Assembly: GCA_000165345.1 (NCBI GenBank)
Contig: CM000436.1
Location: forward strand, 288,001-352,000
Direction: 5' to 3'
Length of the DNA stretch: 64,000 nucleotides
Shown here: piece after piece, positions 24,633-36,059 of the stretch
How the letters are laid out: each line of letters starts with the position of its first letter
Numbering within the stretch: position 1 is the stretch's first letter
The notes under the pieces: generated by a model
Databases searched by the model: none
What the model saw: the letters and a program-made list of their open reading frames with translations, nothing else
What the model was told of the DNA's origin: nothing
Program-made: the position numbers and the translations under genes

Positions 24633-25918
24633 TATTGTAAACAGTTCTTTATATACTAGTGATAATTTTCCAATTTATTTCTAATAATAATTAAAATATT
24701 AATATTAATAATAATACTAATATTAATATTAATATACCCTTGATTAATTTTCTCTTTTTTTATCAACTAGATTATTATAAATTATATATTTATTTTCTTT
24801 AAATCACTATTTCATACAATATTACATCTTACATATTTCATTAATTAATTATATTATTATTTCTTTATTAAATTTTAATATTCGCCGGTACTAAATTAAT
24901 TTGTGGGAGCATTTCCCGCCCAACTCCTCATATTTCTATTATATCTTTTGCATTATAATTTATATATTTTATTAATACTATTTATCCCGCCAAATTCTCA
25001 AAATTGTGCTTGCTTATCAACCAAATGGAAAAATTACTATAAAGAAATAAGGTTAAAGAAACTAGAGTTTACAAAAAAAAGTAAAATACTGAAAGAATAA
25101 ATCCAAACCAGATTTTATTCATAATTTTCTATATATATTCTAGTCATGGAATGAAAGAAAAGGTCGAATTTTTATCTTAATATTCATATTTACTTGTTAT
25201 AATTAACATTTTTCCTTTAATTTATGTAAAATGTGCACATAATTCAATTATTCTGATTTTGCCGCCCAAATATTCTTTAATTTCTGTTGTGTGTATGTTT
25301 TGTTTTCGTGTAATTTGCATGAATGTATAAATAACAAAGGGCGGCAGCATGTAAAATTTTAATAAGATTACTAATTAAAAGCTATAATTATATTAAAAAA
25401 TATCTATAAAGTTAAACATAATGAAAGTAATATAAGATAATTTAATTTTTAAATTAAATATAAATATTATATTTTTTACTTTTTTCGAGAAAATAAAGTT
25501 AATTTTTATACAAAATATTCGAATATTGCAAATAATTTAATAAAATACAAAAATGCATGACTTTGCCGCCTACACCGGTATATAATTTTGAATTAAAAAA
25601 AAAATTACACGTAATATTAAGAGGAAAAGAATAGGATTTTCTCTTTATTGAAATAACGATGACGATTATTAATATTATCATTATTGTTACTATTACTGTT
25701 GTAAGTGTTACTAATATTAATTTAAGAGTTGTTAATTATTATTGATTTCAATGCATTCAATATAAATGCTATCAAATGATAATAATAAGAGTTTTTTATT
25801 AATATTAGTAATAAAGGAAGCTACATTAATAGTATTTTTCACTTTTTTAATAGTTTTTAGTAGGAAAAAAAAAGTTACAATTAGATTTCCTTCTACTTGA
25901 ATATTACTGTTGTTTTAC

Positions 25919-28399
25919 TTAGAGTTTCTCAGCTGCAACTTTCTTCATACCATTGAATGATTCAGCTAAAATATCTTCAAGTTCTCCATAAAATTCTTTG
26001 TAAAGGCCAAATAAAGCGGATTGTTGTCTATAAGCAGTATTAAGGTCATAGTATTCTGAACTTAATCTTGAAAGTTCGTCTCTAAGTTTAGTAAGTTCTG
26101 CAGATTTATTCTCAATATCTTGTTTTTCTTTAATAGCTTTATGCTTAGAAGGAATATAATTAGATTTTATAGCTTGATCTAGTTGTGAAATCCTCTTGTT
26201 TGCATCTTCTAGATCTCTTCTGATACTGGTAATAATATTTGTTGAAATTGATTCAAAATCTGAACAAGTTGAACTTTTTGAAATAATTGAAAGAGTATCT
26301 AAAGATGCATTACTTGGACTTCTATGAGGAAGACTTTGTTTACAGAGTTTAGCTCTATTAAATCCACAACTTTCAAGCTGAGAAGTTGCAGGATTACAAT
26401 TTGCTGAATTGATTATTTCTACCATTCTTTTAACAAATCCTTTATTACTTAAGGAATTAAAATCTGTATTACATTTTGGACTGTTTAAAGATGAAAGATT
26501 ACATGGTATTTCTGGTTTTCCAAGACTGAAATGGCATGCTGGGAGATCAACAACTGATGTATTTCCTGAATATTCTGCTCTATAGTCAAGTATATCACTA
26601 TATTCAAGTTCCTTCTTTTCAAATAAATTACAGTCTTTTGGATTTGGTGCAACTTTACAAGGTGAATTAAACAGTGAACCAAAATCAGTCACTGGATTGT
26701 AATAACTAGATTTTGTTGATCCTTGAATTGAATTCTTTTCTGAAGGGGTATTGAATATATCATCTTCAATTAAAAGCTCTTCTTTTGGTAGTTCAAAACT
26801 CTTTTTAGATGTAATCTTAACGTTACTAGAACTCTTTTTACCAAATGATAACATTGACCCTAATTTTGAAAAGAAACCTGATGATTTTGATCCTTTTCTA
26901 AGTGATGAAGATCTTCTACTTAAAGAATTTACATCATTCAATTGATCTTCACTTTCTTCAAGAATATGTGGGAGCTCATTAAGATAATTAAAAGATCTAC
27001 TGGAATTTATTGAAAATTGTTTATTTAGTGAATTAATTCTGCTTAAATTAATAGAAGATCCTGATTCACTTCTTTGTATAGATTTTGACCTGATAGAAAG
27101 TTGTTTTGCTAGATCATCTTCATCTTTTGGTAGATATGGCTTTTTCTCAGATTCTGGATTCATTGAAACAAGAACTGGTGGATTTGAAACTCCTTTTCTC
27201 CAATCATCAGAAGTACATGATGGTATACCTGCAAAACAATCAGGGAATAAATCTTCAGAGTATGAATGTTGTTTTCTAGGTAAACAAATACTAACAACAT
27301 CAATAGAATCGGTGTTAACAGCTTTAAATAAGCGAATTACTTCGGATTTTGATACATCTAAACATCTTGTTGGTAAAAAGCAGACTCCTCTTTGTGGTTT
27401 AGTTGTTCTAACTTCTTCCATTAAAGTTAAAGAATCTTCTTCATTATCAAATTTAAAGACTCTGAAATTTCCATCACCTTTACCAAAAACAGTTAATAAT
27501 TTAAAGTTATCATCAAAATTTGGATATAAAGTACTTGACATTATATCTAATTGTATATCAATAATTGGTGATTCTATATTACGTATATCCCAAAGTTTTA
27601 CTGATCTAGATCCTGCTTTAGTAAATCCTGTGGTTACAAATTTATTTTGTATAGTACCAAAGCCACCCATCCAAGTACATTTACCAATACGGGTACCTTC
27701 ATGTGCTAAGAAATTTAATGCTGTCGTTTGTTCTCTAGGATCTACAATTCTAACTAATCTATCTTTATTAGTAGTAGCTAAGATATTACCAAAATAGTTC
27801 CATTTAATATCATAGCAAAGATTCTTGTTTTCTTGATAAGAGAAGATTTTTAAAGATCTTTCAAGATCCCAAATAGCTATTTCTCCATCGCTAGATGTTG
27901 AAGATAAGATATTATTAGCATTTCTATTAAACTCAATCAAAGTTACTCTCTTTTCATGGCCATGTAAACTTGCTATAGGTGAAGCTATTTTTTCAATAAA
28001 TTCTCCTCTTTTTATATTTTGAGAATCATTCATATCACTTTCCAAAACATCAAAGAATTCTCCATTATTTGGTAATTTCCATGTTTTGATACTTCTATCA
28101 TCAGAACTGGTTGCCAAAAAGTTATTATAAAATGGAGAGAATTTCATATCGGTGATTCCTGCTGAGTGACCAGAAACCATCATTATTGGAGGTTTTCTAA
28201 TACCTATTGAATCCATTGATATAATGCTTGCAGACCCTCCTCCTCCATCATTTGCAAAAGCTATGAACTTGGATGAACATGTTAATCCTGGTCCTTCATT
28301 TAGTCTAGTACCTATTCTTAGATCAGTATAGTTTTCCTTGAGTATTTTACTTGACAGGGTTTTGAAGCTATTAACTCCTGATTGCATTCTAAGTGTCAT
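25919..28399 (-). CDS. coronin-like WD40 actin-binding protein with a long Ser-rich insert and a C-terminal coiled coil
   Basis: The N-terminus FKTLSSKILKENYTDLRIGTRLNEGPGLTCSSKFIAFANDGGGGSASIISMDSIGIRKPPIMMVSGHSAGITDMKFSPFYNNFLATSSDDRSIKTWKLP follows the coronin signature (SKFRHVFG...GGGAF.V..L...GR........GH...V.D..W.PF......S.S.D..V.W.IP). It has WD repeats, and the C-terminal heptad coiled coil is typical of coronins. It is 826 aa because of a low-complexity central region. Confidence 0.7.
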   Translation of the reverse strand: MTLRMQSGVNSFKTLSSKILKENYTDLRIGTRLNEGPGLTCSSKFIAFANDGGGGSASIISMDSIGIRKPPIMMVSGHSAGITDMKFSPFYNNFLATSSDDRSIKTWKLPNNGEFFDVLESDMNDSQNIKRGEFIEKIASPIASLHGHEKRVTLIEFNRNANNILSSTSSDGEIAIWDLERSLKIFSYQENKNLCYDIKWNYFGNILATTNKDRLVRIVDPREQTTALNFLAHEGTRIGKCTWMGGFGTIQNKFVTTGFTKAGSRSVKLWDIRNIESPIIDIQLDIMSSTLYPNFDDNFKLLTVFGKGDGNFRVFKFDNEEDSLTLMEEVRTTKPQRGVCFLPTRCLDVSKSEVIRLFKAVNTDSIDVVSICLPRKQHSYSEDLFPDCFAGIPSCTSDDWRKGVSNPPVLVSMNPESEKKPYLPKDEDDLAKQLSIRSKSIQRSESGSSINLSRINSLNKQFSINSSRSFNYLNELPHILEESEDQLNDVNSLSRRSSSLRKGSKSSGFFSKLGSMLSFGKKSSSNVKITSKKSFELPKEELLIEDDIFNTPSEKNSIQGSTKSSYYNPVTDFGSLFNSPCKVAPNPKDCNLFEKKELEYSDILDYRAEYSGNTSVVDLPACHFSLGKPEIPCNLSSLNSPKCNTDFNSLSNKGFVKRMVEIINSANCNPATSQLESCGFNRAKLCKQSLPHRSPSNASLDTLSIISKSSTCSDFESISTNIITSIRRDLEDANKRISQLDQAIKSNYIPSKHKAIKEKQDIENKSAELTKLRDELSRLSSEYYDLNTAYRQQSALFGLYKEFYGELEDILAESFNGMKKVAAEKL

Positions 28400-28500
28400 C
28401 TTTAATAGAATTTTGTTTTATTTAACGCTTCTTATTAAGAATTTCTATTATTAGCAATTTATTTGCTTTACTCATTCATTTCTATGTGTATGTTTATTTA

Positions 28501-28580
<80 letters not shown>

Positions 28581-28783
28581 TTAGTTTTTAATGCTTTCAC
28601 TGAATATATTTATCAATAAACACTCTTTTCTTTGATACAATTGACTCACTACTTTTCTTACCTTTCAATGTTCTTATTTTTCTCTTTTAAAATCTTAAGT
28701 ATTATTATTATTTTTTTTTTTTGCCTTTACCCTTTTTTCTTGTATGATCACTCCCTGACACCTGGTATCTTATGATCATGCAC

Positions 28784-28826
28784 TTCCCGCCAAAATGCGT
28801 ATGCATGCAGAAAATCTGGCGCCAAT
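28784..28826. promoter_or_regulatory. TTCCCGCCAAAA - TGCATGCAG - TGGCGCCAA cluster upstream of coronin
   Basis: Lies about 385-430 nt upstream of the coronin ATG (28399, minus strand). Confidence 0.5.
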
Positions 28827-29197
28827 ACTGTACAAATTAATAATAAAATTATTATTAAAAATGTTTAATTTAATTAATCAAATCAAATCATTTTAAAATT
28901 AAGAAAAAACAAAAAAAAAGAAAATATAAAAATTTTCTTTATTATGCTTTGCTCCATTTTTCCTGTTTGAATCACAAATCTTTTTTTTTCAAAGAAAGTA
29001 AATTATTCATATAATTTTGTAGATAAAGCGCGCAAAACATGAGAGTAGTTTACATATAAAATGTAGGAAAGATGAATACTTGATGTTGAGTGGAAAAGAA
29101 GGGAGGATGGTAAAAAAAAAAAGTTGTAGAATAAAAAGCTTAAGTAAGTGATTATTTCTCCTTTTTTTTTAGAAAAAAAAAGAAATAACTATTTGAA

Positions 29198-29904
29198 TTA
29201 ATTATAGTTAGTTTCAATAGATAATGATTCATTTAAAGAGTAATCAGAAAGATCATCAATAATATCGTCTAACTCATATAAATACCTTTCTTTTTTATTT
29301 TTCCATTTTTCTTTAAGTTCATTTAGAACTAATTTCTTTTTATTATTTATTATATTTCTTTTATCTATTGTAGTATTATTTAAAGAAGAATTCAAAGTTT
29401 CTTCTGAAATAGTTGATTCTATACTATTTTCAGCATGTAATGTTTCTTCTGATTTAGTTAAAGTTTCTTCCAATTGTTCATTTCCTGCTTTAACATGCAT
29501 TTCCATCCTTGTATATTGTAATAATCCACATGTTCTACATCTGCAAATACTAGTATCTAAAAATTTACAAATATTAAAGTTGAAAATTTTAATCTAGCTT
29601 AGAAAGTTCTTGGAATTAATCTCATTTCAAGACTTTCCCGCCATTTCTAAATTACTCTTACCTTTTGGTACTATGGTATATGCAATACATCTAGGACATA
29701 ATACTTTTATGCATTGAAAGGCTTTACCAAAATATGGATATCCAACAAAATTAATGCATTGACAGAAATAACATTTAATAAAAATACCCACTAATTATTT
29801 ATATATAGTTATAGGTTTTATAATAATTCTTATTTTTTTTTTTTTAACTTACTAACATATTCATTCTTAGTATTACATTCAGAGCAAACCACTACATTAA
29901 CCAT
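29198..29904 (-). CDS. small Cys-rich (multiple CxxC, zinc-ribbon-like) protein with an acidic tail, three exons
   Basis: Only the last exon is in the ORF track (29198-29506). I model the exons as 29853-29904 (ATG GTT AAT GTA GTG GTT TGC TCT GAA TGT ...TAT GTT A|GTAAGT), 29662-29790 and 29198-29556. The introns are 29791-29852 (62 nt, acceptor AATTAG) and 29557-29661 (105 nt, donor GTAAGA, acceptor TTTTTAG). The phases are consistent (1/1). The 179-aa product is MVNVVVCSECNTKNEYVMGIFIKCYFCQCINFVGYPYFGKAFQCIKVLCPRCIAYTIVPKDTSICRCRTCGLLQYTRMEMHVKAGNEQLEE...DDIIDDLSDYSLNESLSIETNYN. An E2F-like site (TTTCCCGCCATTT, 29634-29646) lies inside the modelled intron 2, so an alternative two-gene model is possible. 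Confidence 0.4.
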
Positions 29905-30088
29905 GGTTTCCCCTCCATTTGTTTTATTTTTTTCATAGAATACTCCTATTTTAATTAATTTATTCTTCTCTAAAAACTCTAATCTCTCTTTTATTTGTTT
30001 TAATTTCCTTTTTTTTCTTTCCTTTAATTTTTTTTATTTTTAATTTTATATTATATCCATAAATTATTATCTTTATTGCAAATTCAGA

Positions 30089-30144
30089 TTTTCCCGCCAT
30101 TTGTGAGGTATCTAAAATTTGCATTTCCACGCTTTGGCGCCAAT
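30089..30144. promoter_or_regulatory. E2F-like pair TTTTCCCGCCATTT and TTTGGCGCCAAT in a divergent promoter
   Basis: Lies between the Cys-rich gene (minus, ATG 29904) and the HECT ligase (plus, ATG 30410). Confidence 0.55.
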
Positions 30145-30409
30145 ATGAGGGGAAAATTATGGGTAACTGATTAAAAGAAATTGAATTGGAATTAAATTGG
30201 AGGAAAAAAAAGGAAAAAAAAAAAAAAGCAAAATTAAGAGAAGAAGAATTAGAAAGTTAAAGTTTGGAATTTGAGATCCATTTAAGGAGTAAATATTGAA
30301 GGAGGAAAATATAAACAAAAATAAATAAATAAAAATCCAACTATAAATTGATTCATATGTATAAAAAATAAGTGATCAATCACTTTAATTTTGGATTATA
30401 GTATTAATA

Positions 30410-33400
30410 ATGTTTGGGAAACCAAATAGTAAAGGAGTGGGGGGTAACAAATTAGTTATTGGTGCTAATGTGAGAAATAACAAAGATTTAGATATTCCAA
30501 TATCTTTTGGAAGATCTTCTAAGGACTATATAATAGAAAAAAAGAAAGAAAAAGAAAAGAGGATTTATGAAAGAATTAAAGGAAATAAAATGAAAATTAT
30601 ATCTTATTATGTATTACAATACAATTCATATAAACTTAAAAAAAGAGAATTTTGTAATGATTTGATTCATTTAATATCACAAAATCATAAAGACATAAAC
30701 AAATTGATTCAAATCTTTAGATTCACTCTAAAAATTAGTTCTAATGGTATTGAACAAGATATTGAAAGATTTAATATGATTATTGAGAATATTCATACAA
30801 ATTTTGAGAAAGTTTCTATTGAAATATCATTCAGTAATCTTTTATTTCTCTTTAGAAATTGTCTAATATTAATATTTCTTAATGATCAAAATAAAATTCA
30901 TAATATTAATAAAAATTTGGTAAAAAATCTTGCTGATCAAATATTTTACTCATTTTTTTCAAGATCTAATTTTCAAGATCAAAAGGTACCGAATATGCAA
31001 ATTAATAAGAAAAATTTTATTAACATGATTTTTAATTTTTTAATGATTGATTTATTTTTTATTAGATATTTTGAATTAAAAATCTTAAATAAAGAACTTG
31101 AAAATGAAATTATTATTGATATATTTAATGAAGTTTTTCAACTTTGTATATCCAAATTATCCAGCAAAGATAAATTGAATTTTTATTATATGGGTAAAGA
31201 TTTAATAGATTTTCCTAAAAGTGATCACTTTCTATTAGAAAAATCTAAAAAATTGAGTAAATACAATAATTCTCAAATGGAAATATTTTTTAAAAATAGA
31301 TATTTTTGGATTATATCTTGTTTATTTACTATTTTATTTAAAACTAACAATATTATTACAAAAGTTAAAACTCAAGAATTATTTCAAACTTATTTAGAAC
31401 TTTTGGATTTGGATTCTTTTCAAAATTGGATCATGAATGAAAATCAATATTCTATTAGAGTTATTAAAAGTCCATTTCAACAAATTCCTCCAAATTCACC
31501 CTTTTCTTTACTATTACTAAATTATTCTTTCTTTAATTATATTCAAGTTAATAAGAATTATTGTAAATTATCCAAAGTTATCAAACTTAATGAATTAAAG
31601 AAAATGAAAGAAACTGATCAAAAAGAATTTGTAAATACTATTGAAAATAATCTTTTGTCTATTTACTATATAATCAGTTCTTGGAATTTCTCACCAGATA
31701 CTTTAATTACTATAGACGAGACAATTTCTAACAAGAATTATACTAATAGAGATGAAATTATTCAAATGATTAGTTTTTTATTTCAAATAATTATACAAAA
31801 TAATAATACACAAATCAATTCAGATCAATCAAAATTTATCAAAGAAAAATTAAAGATTATGTATTTGATTCGTTTATATACTTTATTTTTAGATTTTCAA
31901 GGGAAATTCTTACTATTAAGTACTTATATAAAAAATACAGATATTATTAAAGATCAAAATATATTTTTTGGAATAAATAATCAACAATTAAATGAAAATC
32001 AACAATTATTCTCAAAAAATACAATTAATCAAATAATTCAACCCATTTTAAATTTGGCCTTGGATTGTGCATGCAGAGACGAGACAAGTTTAAAACATGC
32101 AATTAATATAATAAATTTGATGAATGATATTTATTTTCCATTAAATCAGGTACCAAATATAATATTTGAAAATATATATTTTTATAATAATATATTTACT
32201 AAAAATAAGGTAACTTATTTACATAATGCATTGGATTTATGTATTGATAAATCTGATCATATTAGTAACGATAATTATAATCGTGATCATCATCAATTCA
32301 TGACAAAAAGAAATCAAAGGAGGAATAGAATTAATATTTTCCATGATGATGATGATGATGATGATAATAATAATAATAGTAATAATAATATTTGTATTTT
32401 AAAAAAGATGAGATTTTTCTTCTTAATTAGTGATGATAATAATGATGATGAAGATAAATTGCAAGTATTTCATAAAAGTCAAGATCATGAATTCTTGGAG
32501 AAAATTTATTATAATAATTATTCAAATGATTACCATAATTTTCAACATTTTTGTGATATTATGTCAAAATCTAAACTAAAAGTATTTCATGAATTACAAA
32601 ACTTGGTACTTAATTATCTTTCTTTTGATACATGTTGGGTACTTGTATTATTTTTATCCATACATAATAGAATAATATTCAATAATAATGGAAATATGAA
32701 TTCTTTCTTAATTGATATAATTGAAGGAAAAGATAATATGAATATTGATAATAATGATTATTATAGTAATAATAATCATATTGGAAGACTTTTAACACTT
32801 TTTGGTATTTCATTAAACCATCAACTCCAATTTTTAGATGATTATGAAATTAAGAAAAGCTTAGAAATCATATTATTAAAAAATTCAAGCTCAAATTCAA
32901 ATAATTCTGATTTTAATAATGATAAACAAATAATAAGTTCCAAATTGATTCCATTTTTTAATTCCAATGAAATAATGATAATTGATAATAAAATTATATC
33001 AGGAATGAATGGATCTGAAATTTTGGATAATATTCTGGAAGATTTAAGTAAACATAAAAATTTAACCATGTTAATTAATTATGAAAATATTCAATGTATT
33101 AATAAATCCCAAAAAAATCTGTTAATAAATCCATTTTTATTAATAAACAATAGAAATCAATTAAACTATATTTCTTTATTTATTAATAATTTAACCTTCA
33201 CAATCTTGAAAATGATGATGTTTGAAATAAAAGATAAAAATACTGGAAATGAATTAAATATGATATATAGAAGTCAAAATAGTAATAGTATTAGTATCAA
33301 TAATAATAATAATCATCATCATCATCATCATCATCTTGGAAAATTGATAAATATCTCGATTTTTGGAGAATTGACAAGAAGACTTTATCAGAATTATTTA

Positions 33401-35095
33401 AAATTAAACCATTTCCAAATGAAATTAGATGATCCAATAATAAAAATCCCTTGGACAATTTCTGAAGCTTCCAATTTACTTAAACCTAAAGATGTATTGA
33501 TTAAACAAGCTTTACATATTGAATCACTTGGATCTTTTCCTTCAAATAATCTTGGTGAATATGGATTTAGACTTAATGATGAAGATAGAAATTTGAATAA
33601 TTTTGAAGAATATGATGATCTTTATGAAGATGATGATGATGATAATGATAATATAAGTGGTTTGACCAATAATATTAATTATAATGATAGCAATATTAAT
33701 AATAATTATAATTTTAATATTGATAATGAAAAAAGATTAGCCAGATTGGATTTATTAAGAGTATTTGATTCGACTTTAAAATATGTTTCAAATAAATCAA
33801 AATTTGAATTATTAAGACGAGTATTAAGAGAAATGCCACATTTAATAGGATTTGAGGATAGACTTCATTTCTATTATCATTATATAGCAGAATTAAGATT
33901 TAATCATTATCAACCAGAATTATTTCATGAAATTCCAAGCTTTGAAATTAGAAGAACCCATATAATAAAAGATGGATTAAATAATATTGGAAGATTGGAT
34001 CCAAATAGATTAAGAGTAGCTTTTAGAATAATATTTTTGGATGAACAAGGAGATATAGAACCAGGTATTGATGGTGGAGGACTTTTAAAAGATTTTATTA
34101 CTAGTATTTCCAAAGAGCTTTGTTCAGAAAGTTTTGGTCTCTTTAAATCTTGTAAAGATAATACAATAATACCCAGAGAATATGATAGTTTAATAGAAAT
34201 ATCCAATAAGTTTAAAGACTTATTAATTGATGAACCACTAAGTTTAAAGAAATCCAATAATATTTTATATTTATTTGAATTTTTGGGAAAAATTGTAGGT
34301 AAAGCAATTTATGAAAAGATATTATTGGAAATAGAATTCAATCCAGTATTTTTAAATTCAGTTTTTGAACAAAATAATGATTTTACTGATTTATTAAATC
34401 TTGATGAAGAATTATATAAGAGTTTAAATTATATAAAAAGCTTAGAAAATTACCAAGAAGTGAAGAATCTTTGTTTAACTTTTTCGTTAACTTTAGATTT
34501 GGGATCTTTAACAGACGTTGGTAATAATAATAAACATCTTGAGATTGATTTAATTCCAAATGGAAGAAATATTCCAGTAAATAATGAAAATAAAATTGTA
34601 TATATAAAATTATTAACACATTATAAGTTAATAACAAGTATTAAACTTCAAGCTGAAGCTTTTCTTAGAGGTCTTAGTACAGTAATTCCAAATGAATCTT
34701 TAAGATTATTTTCACCATATGAATTACAATCATTAATTTCTGGAGTATATCAAAAATTGGATGTTAATAATCTTAGATTAAATACTTGTTATACTGGTTA
34801 TACAGAAACTTCTCAACAAATTATATGGCTTTGGGATATTTTAGAGAATGAATTTTCAACGGAAGAACAAGGAGAGTTTTTGTTATTTGTAACTTCTTCC
34901 AGAAAAGCTCCTTTGCTTGGATTTCAACATCTTAATCCAAAGTTTGGTATACAAATTGTTCCAGATAATACAAGATTACCAAGTGCTTCAACATGCTTTA
35001 ATTTATTAAAATTACCATCTTATAATTCAAAAGAAATCCTTAAATTGAAATTAAGACAAGCAATTTTCAATTCTAAAGGATTTGATTTAAGTTAA
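30410..35095 (+). CDS. HECT-domain E3 ubiquitin-protein ligase (large, N/D-rich insertions)
   Basis: The 1561-aa ORF has a C-terminal HECT domain: [25 protein letters not shown]..., [36 protein letters not shown] and [36 protein letters not shown] (the catalytic Cys context TCFN.L.LP.Y). Confidence 0.85.
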   Translation: [1561 protein letters not shown]

Positions 35096-35126
35096 AACTT
35101 TATTTATAATAATAATGTTATAATTA

Positions 35127-36059
35127 TTATTTTTCTAAAGCTTTCTTAATTTCATCATATAATATTAGTACAAGTGCTCCACCTGTTCCTCTTAGTACAT
35201 TTGATAATGAACCTTTAAATAATGCTCCAACTCCTTCTTTTCTAATAATCTTTTTCAAACAATCATAAGCTCCAGTATATAAAACATCTTTCCCTTTCTT
35301 ACCAGCCATCATCATCATTCTTCTACGAATAGTATCAAATGGATAACATATTATACCAGCACTAGTTGTAACAGTTTGTGCAATTATCCATTTATAAAGC
35401 ATATTTTCTTGTTTCTGATTCTTAAAAAACATTTCTTTTGTTGTGTCATATAATCCAAAATAAGCTGCTCTATATACAAAAATTCCTTGTATTGATACAA
35501 AAAATCCTTGATATAAAGATCTAATACCACTTTGTTTTGAAATCTTCATAATGCAATCAAACATTCCCTTAAATTCTTTACTTCCATTCTTACCAATATC
35601 AGTAGCTAATCTTGTTCTTGCAAAATCTAATGGATAAACTATTCCAGAAGATGCAGCACCAGCCAAACCACCTGATAACATATTAACACCAAAAAATTTC
35701 CAGAAATCTGATTCTTTATTATAACGTGGCATCATATCTCTTATCATATCTTTAAATGCAAATCCAAATGCTTGTGTTGGAAAATATCTTATTACATTAG
35801 TTGTATTTCCTCTCCATAAACTTAATATTCCCTGTTCTTTTGATACTCTTCTTAAACAATCAAATATTCCAGCATATCTAGGAATTAAACCTTTAATAAT
35901 ATCTGGATTTGTATCTTGAGTTTGTAGAAGAAGTTTAACTCTTTCTATTGGTGCAACAGCTGTCTTACTAATTGTGGCAGAAATTCCACCTACAATAAAA
36001 TCTGTAAGGAAATTATTTTTTTTCTTTTTATTTTGTTTTTCTTCTTTTTTATTTTCCAT
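35127..36059 (-). CDS. AAC: mitochondrial carrier family ADP/ATP translocase
   Basis: The track ORF starts at TTG 36098; the first ATG is at 36057-36059 ([28 protein letters not shown]). It has three mitochondrial-carrier repeats and the diagnostic ADP/ATP carrier motif RRRMMM ([18 protein letters not shown]). An E2F-like site TTTGGCGGGAATT lies at 36342-36354, upstream. Confidence 0.9.
   Translation of the reverse strand: MENKKEEKQNKKKKNNFLTDFIVGGISATISKTAVAPIERVKLLLQTQDTNPDIIKGLIPRYAGIFDCLRRVSKEQGILSLWRGNTTNVIRYFPTQAFGFAFKDMIRDMMPRYNKESDFWKFFGVNMLSGGLAGAASSGIVYPLDFARTRLATDIGKNGSKEFKGMFDCIMKISKQSGIRSLYQGFFVSIQGIFVYRAAYFGLYDTTKEMFFKNQKQENMLYKWIIAQTVTTSAGIICYPFDTIRRRMMMMAGKKGKDVLYTGAYDCLKKIIRKEGVGALFKGSLSNVLRGTGGALVLILYDEIKKALEK

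Noticed and set aside
24903-25100. 65-aa + ORF in the 1.3-kb transporter/coronin spacer
   Set aside because: It is a hydrophobic low-complexity peptide that overlaps E2F-like promoter sites. It is more plausibly non-coding.
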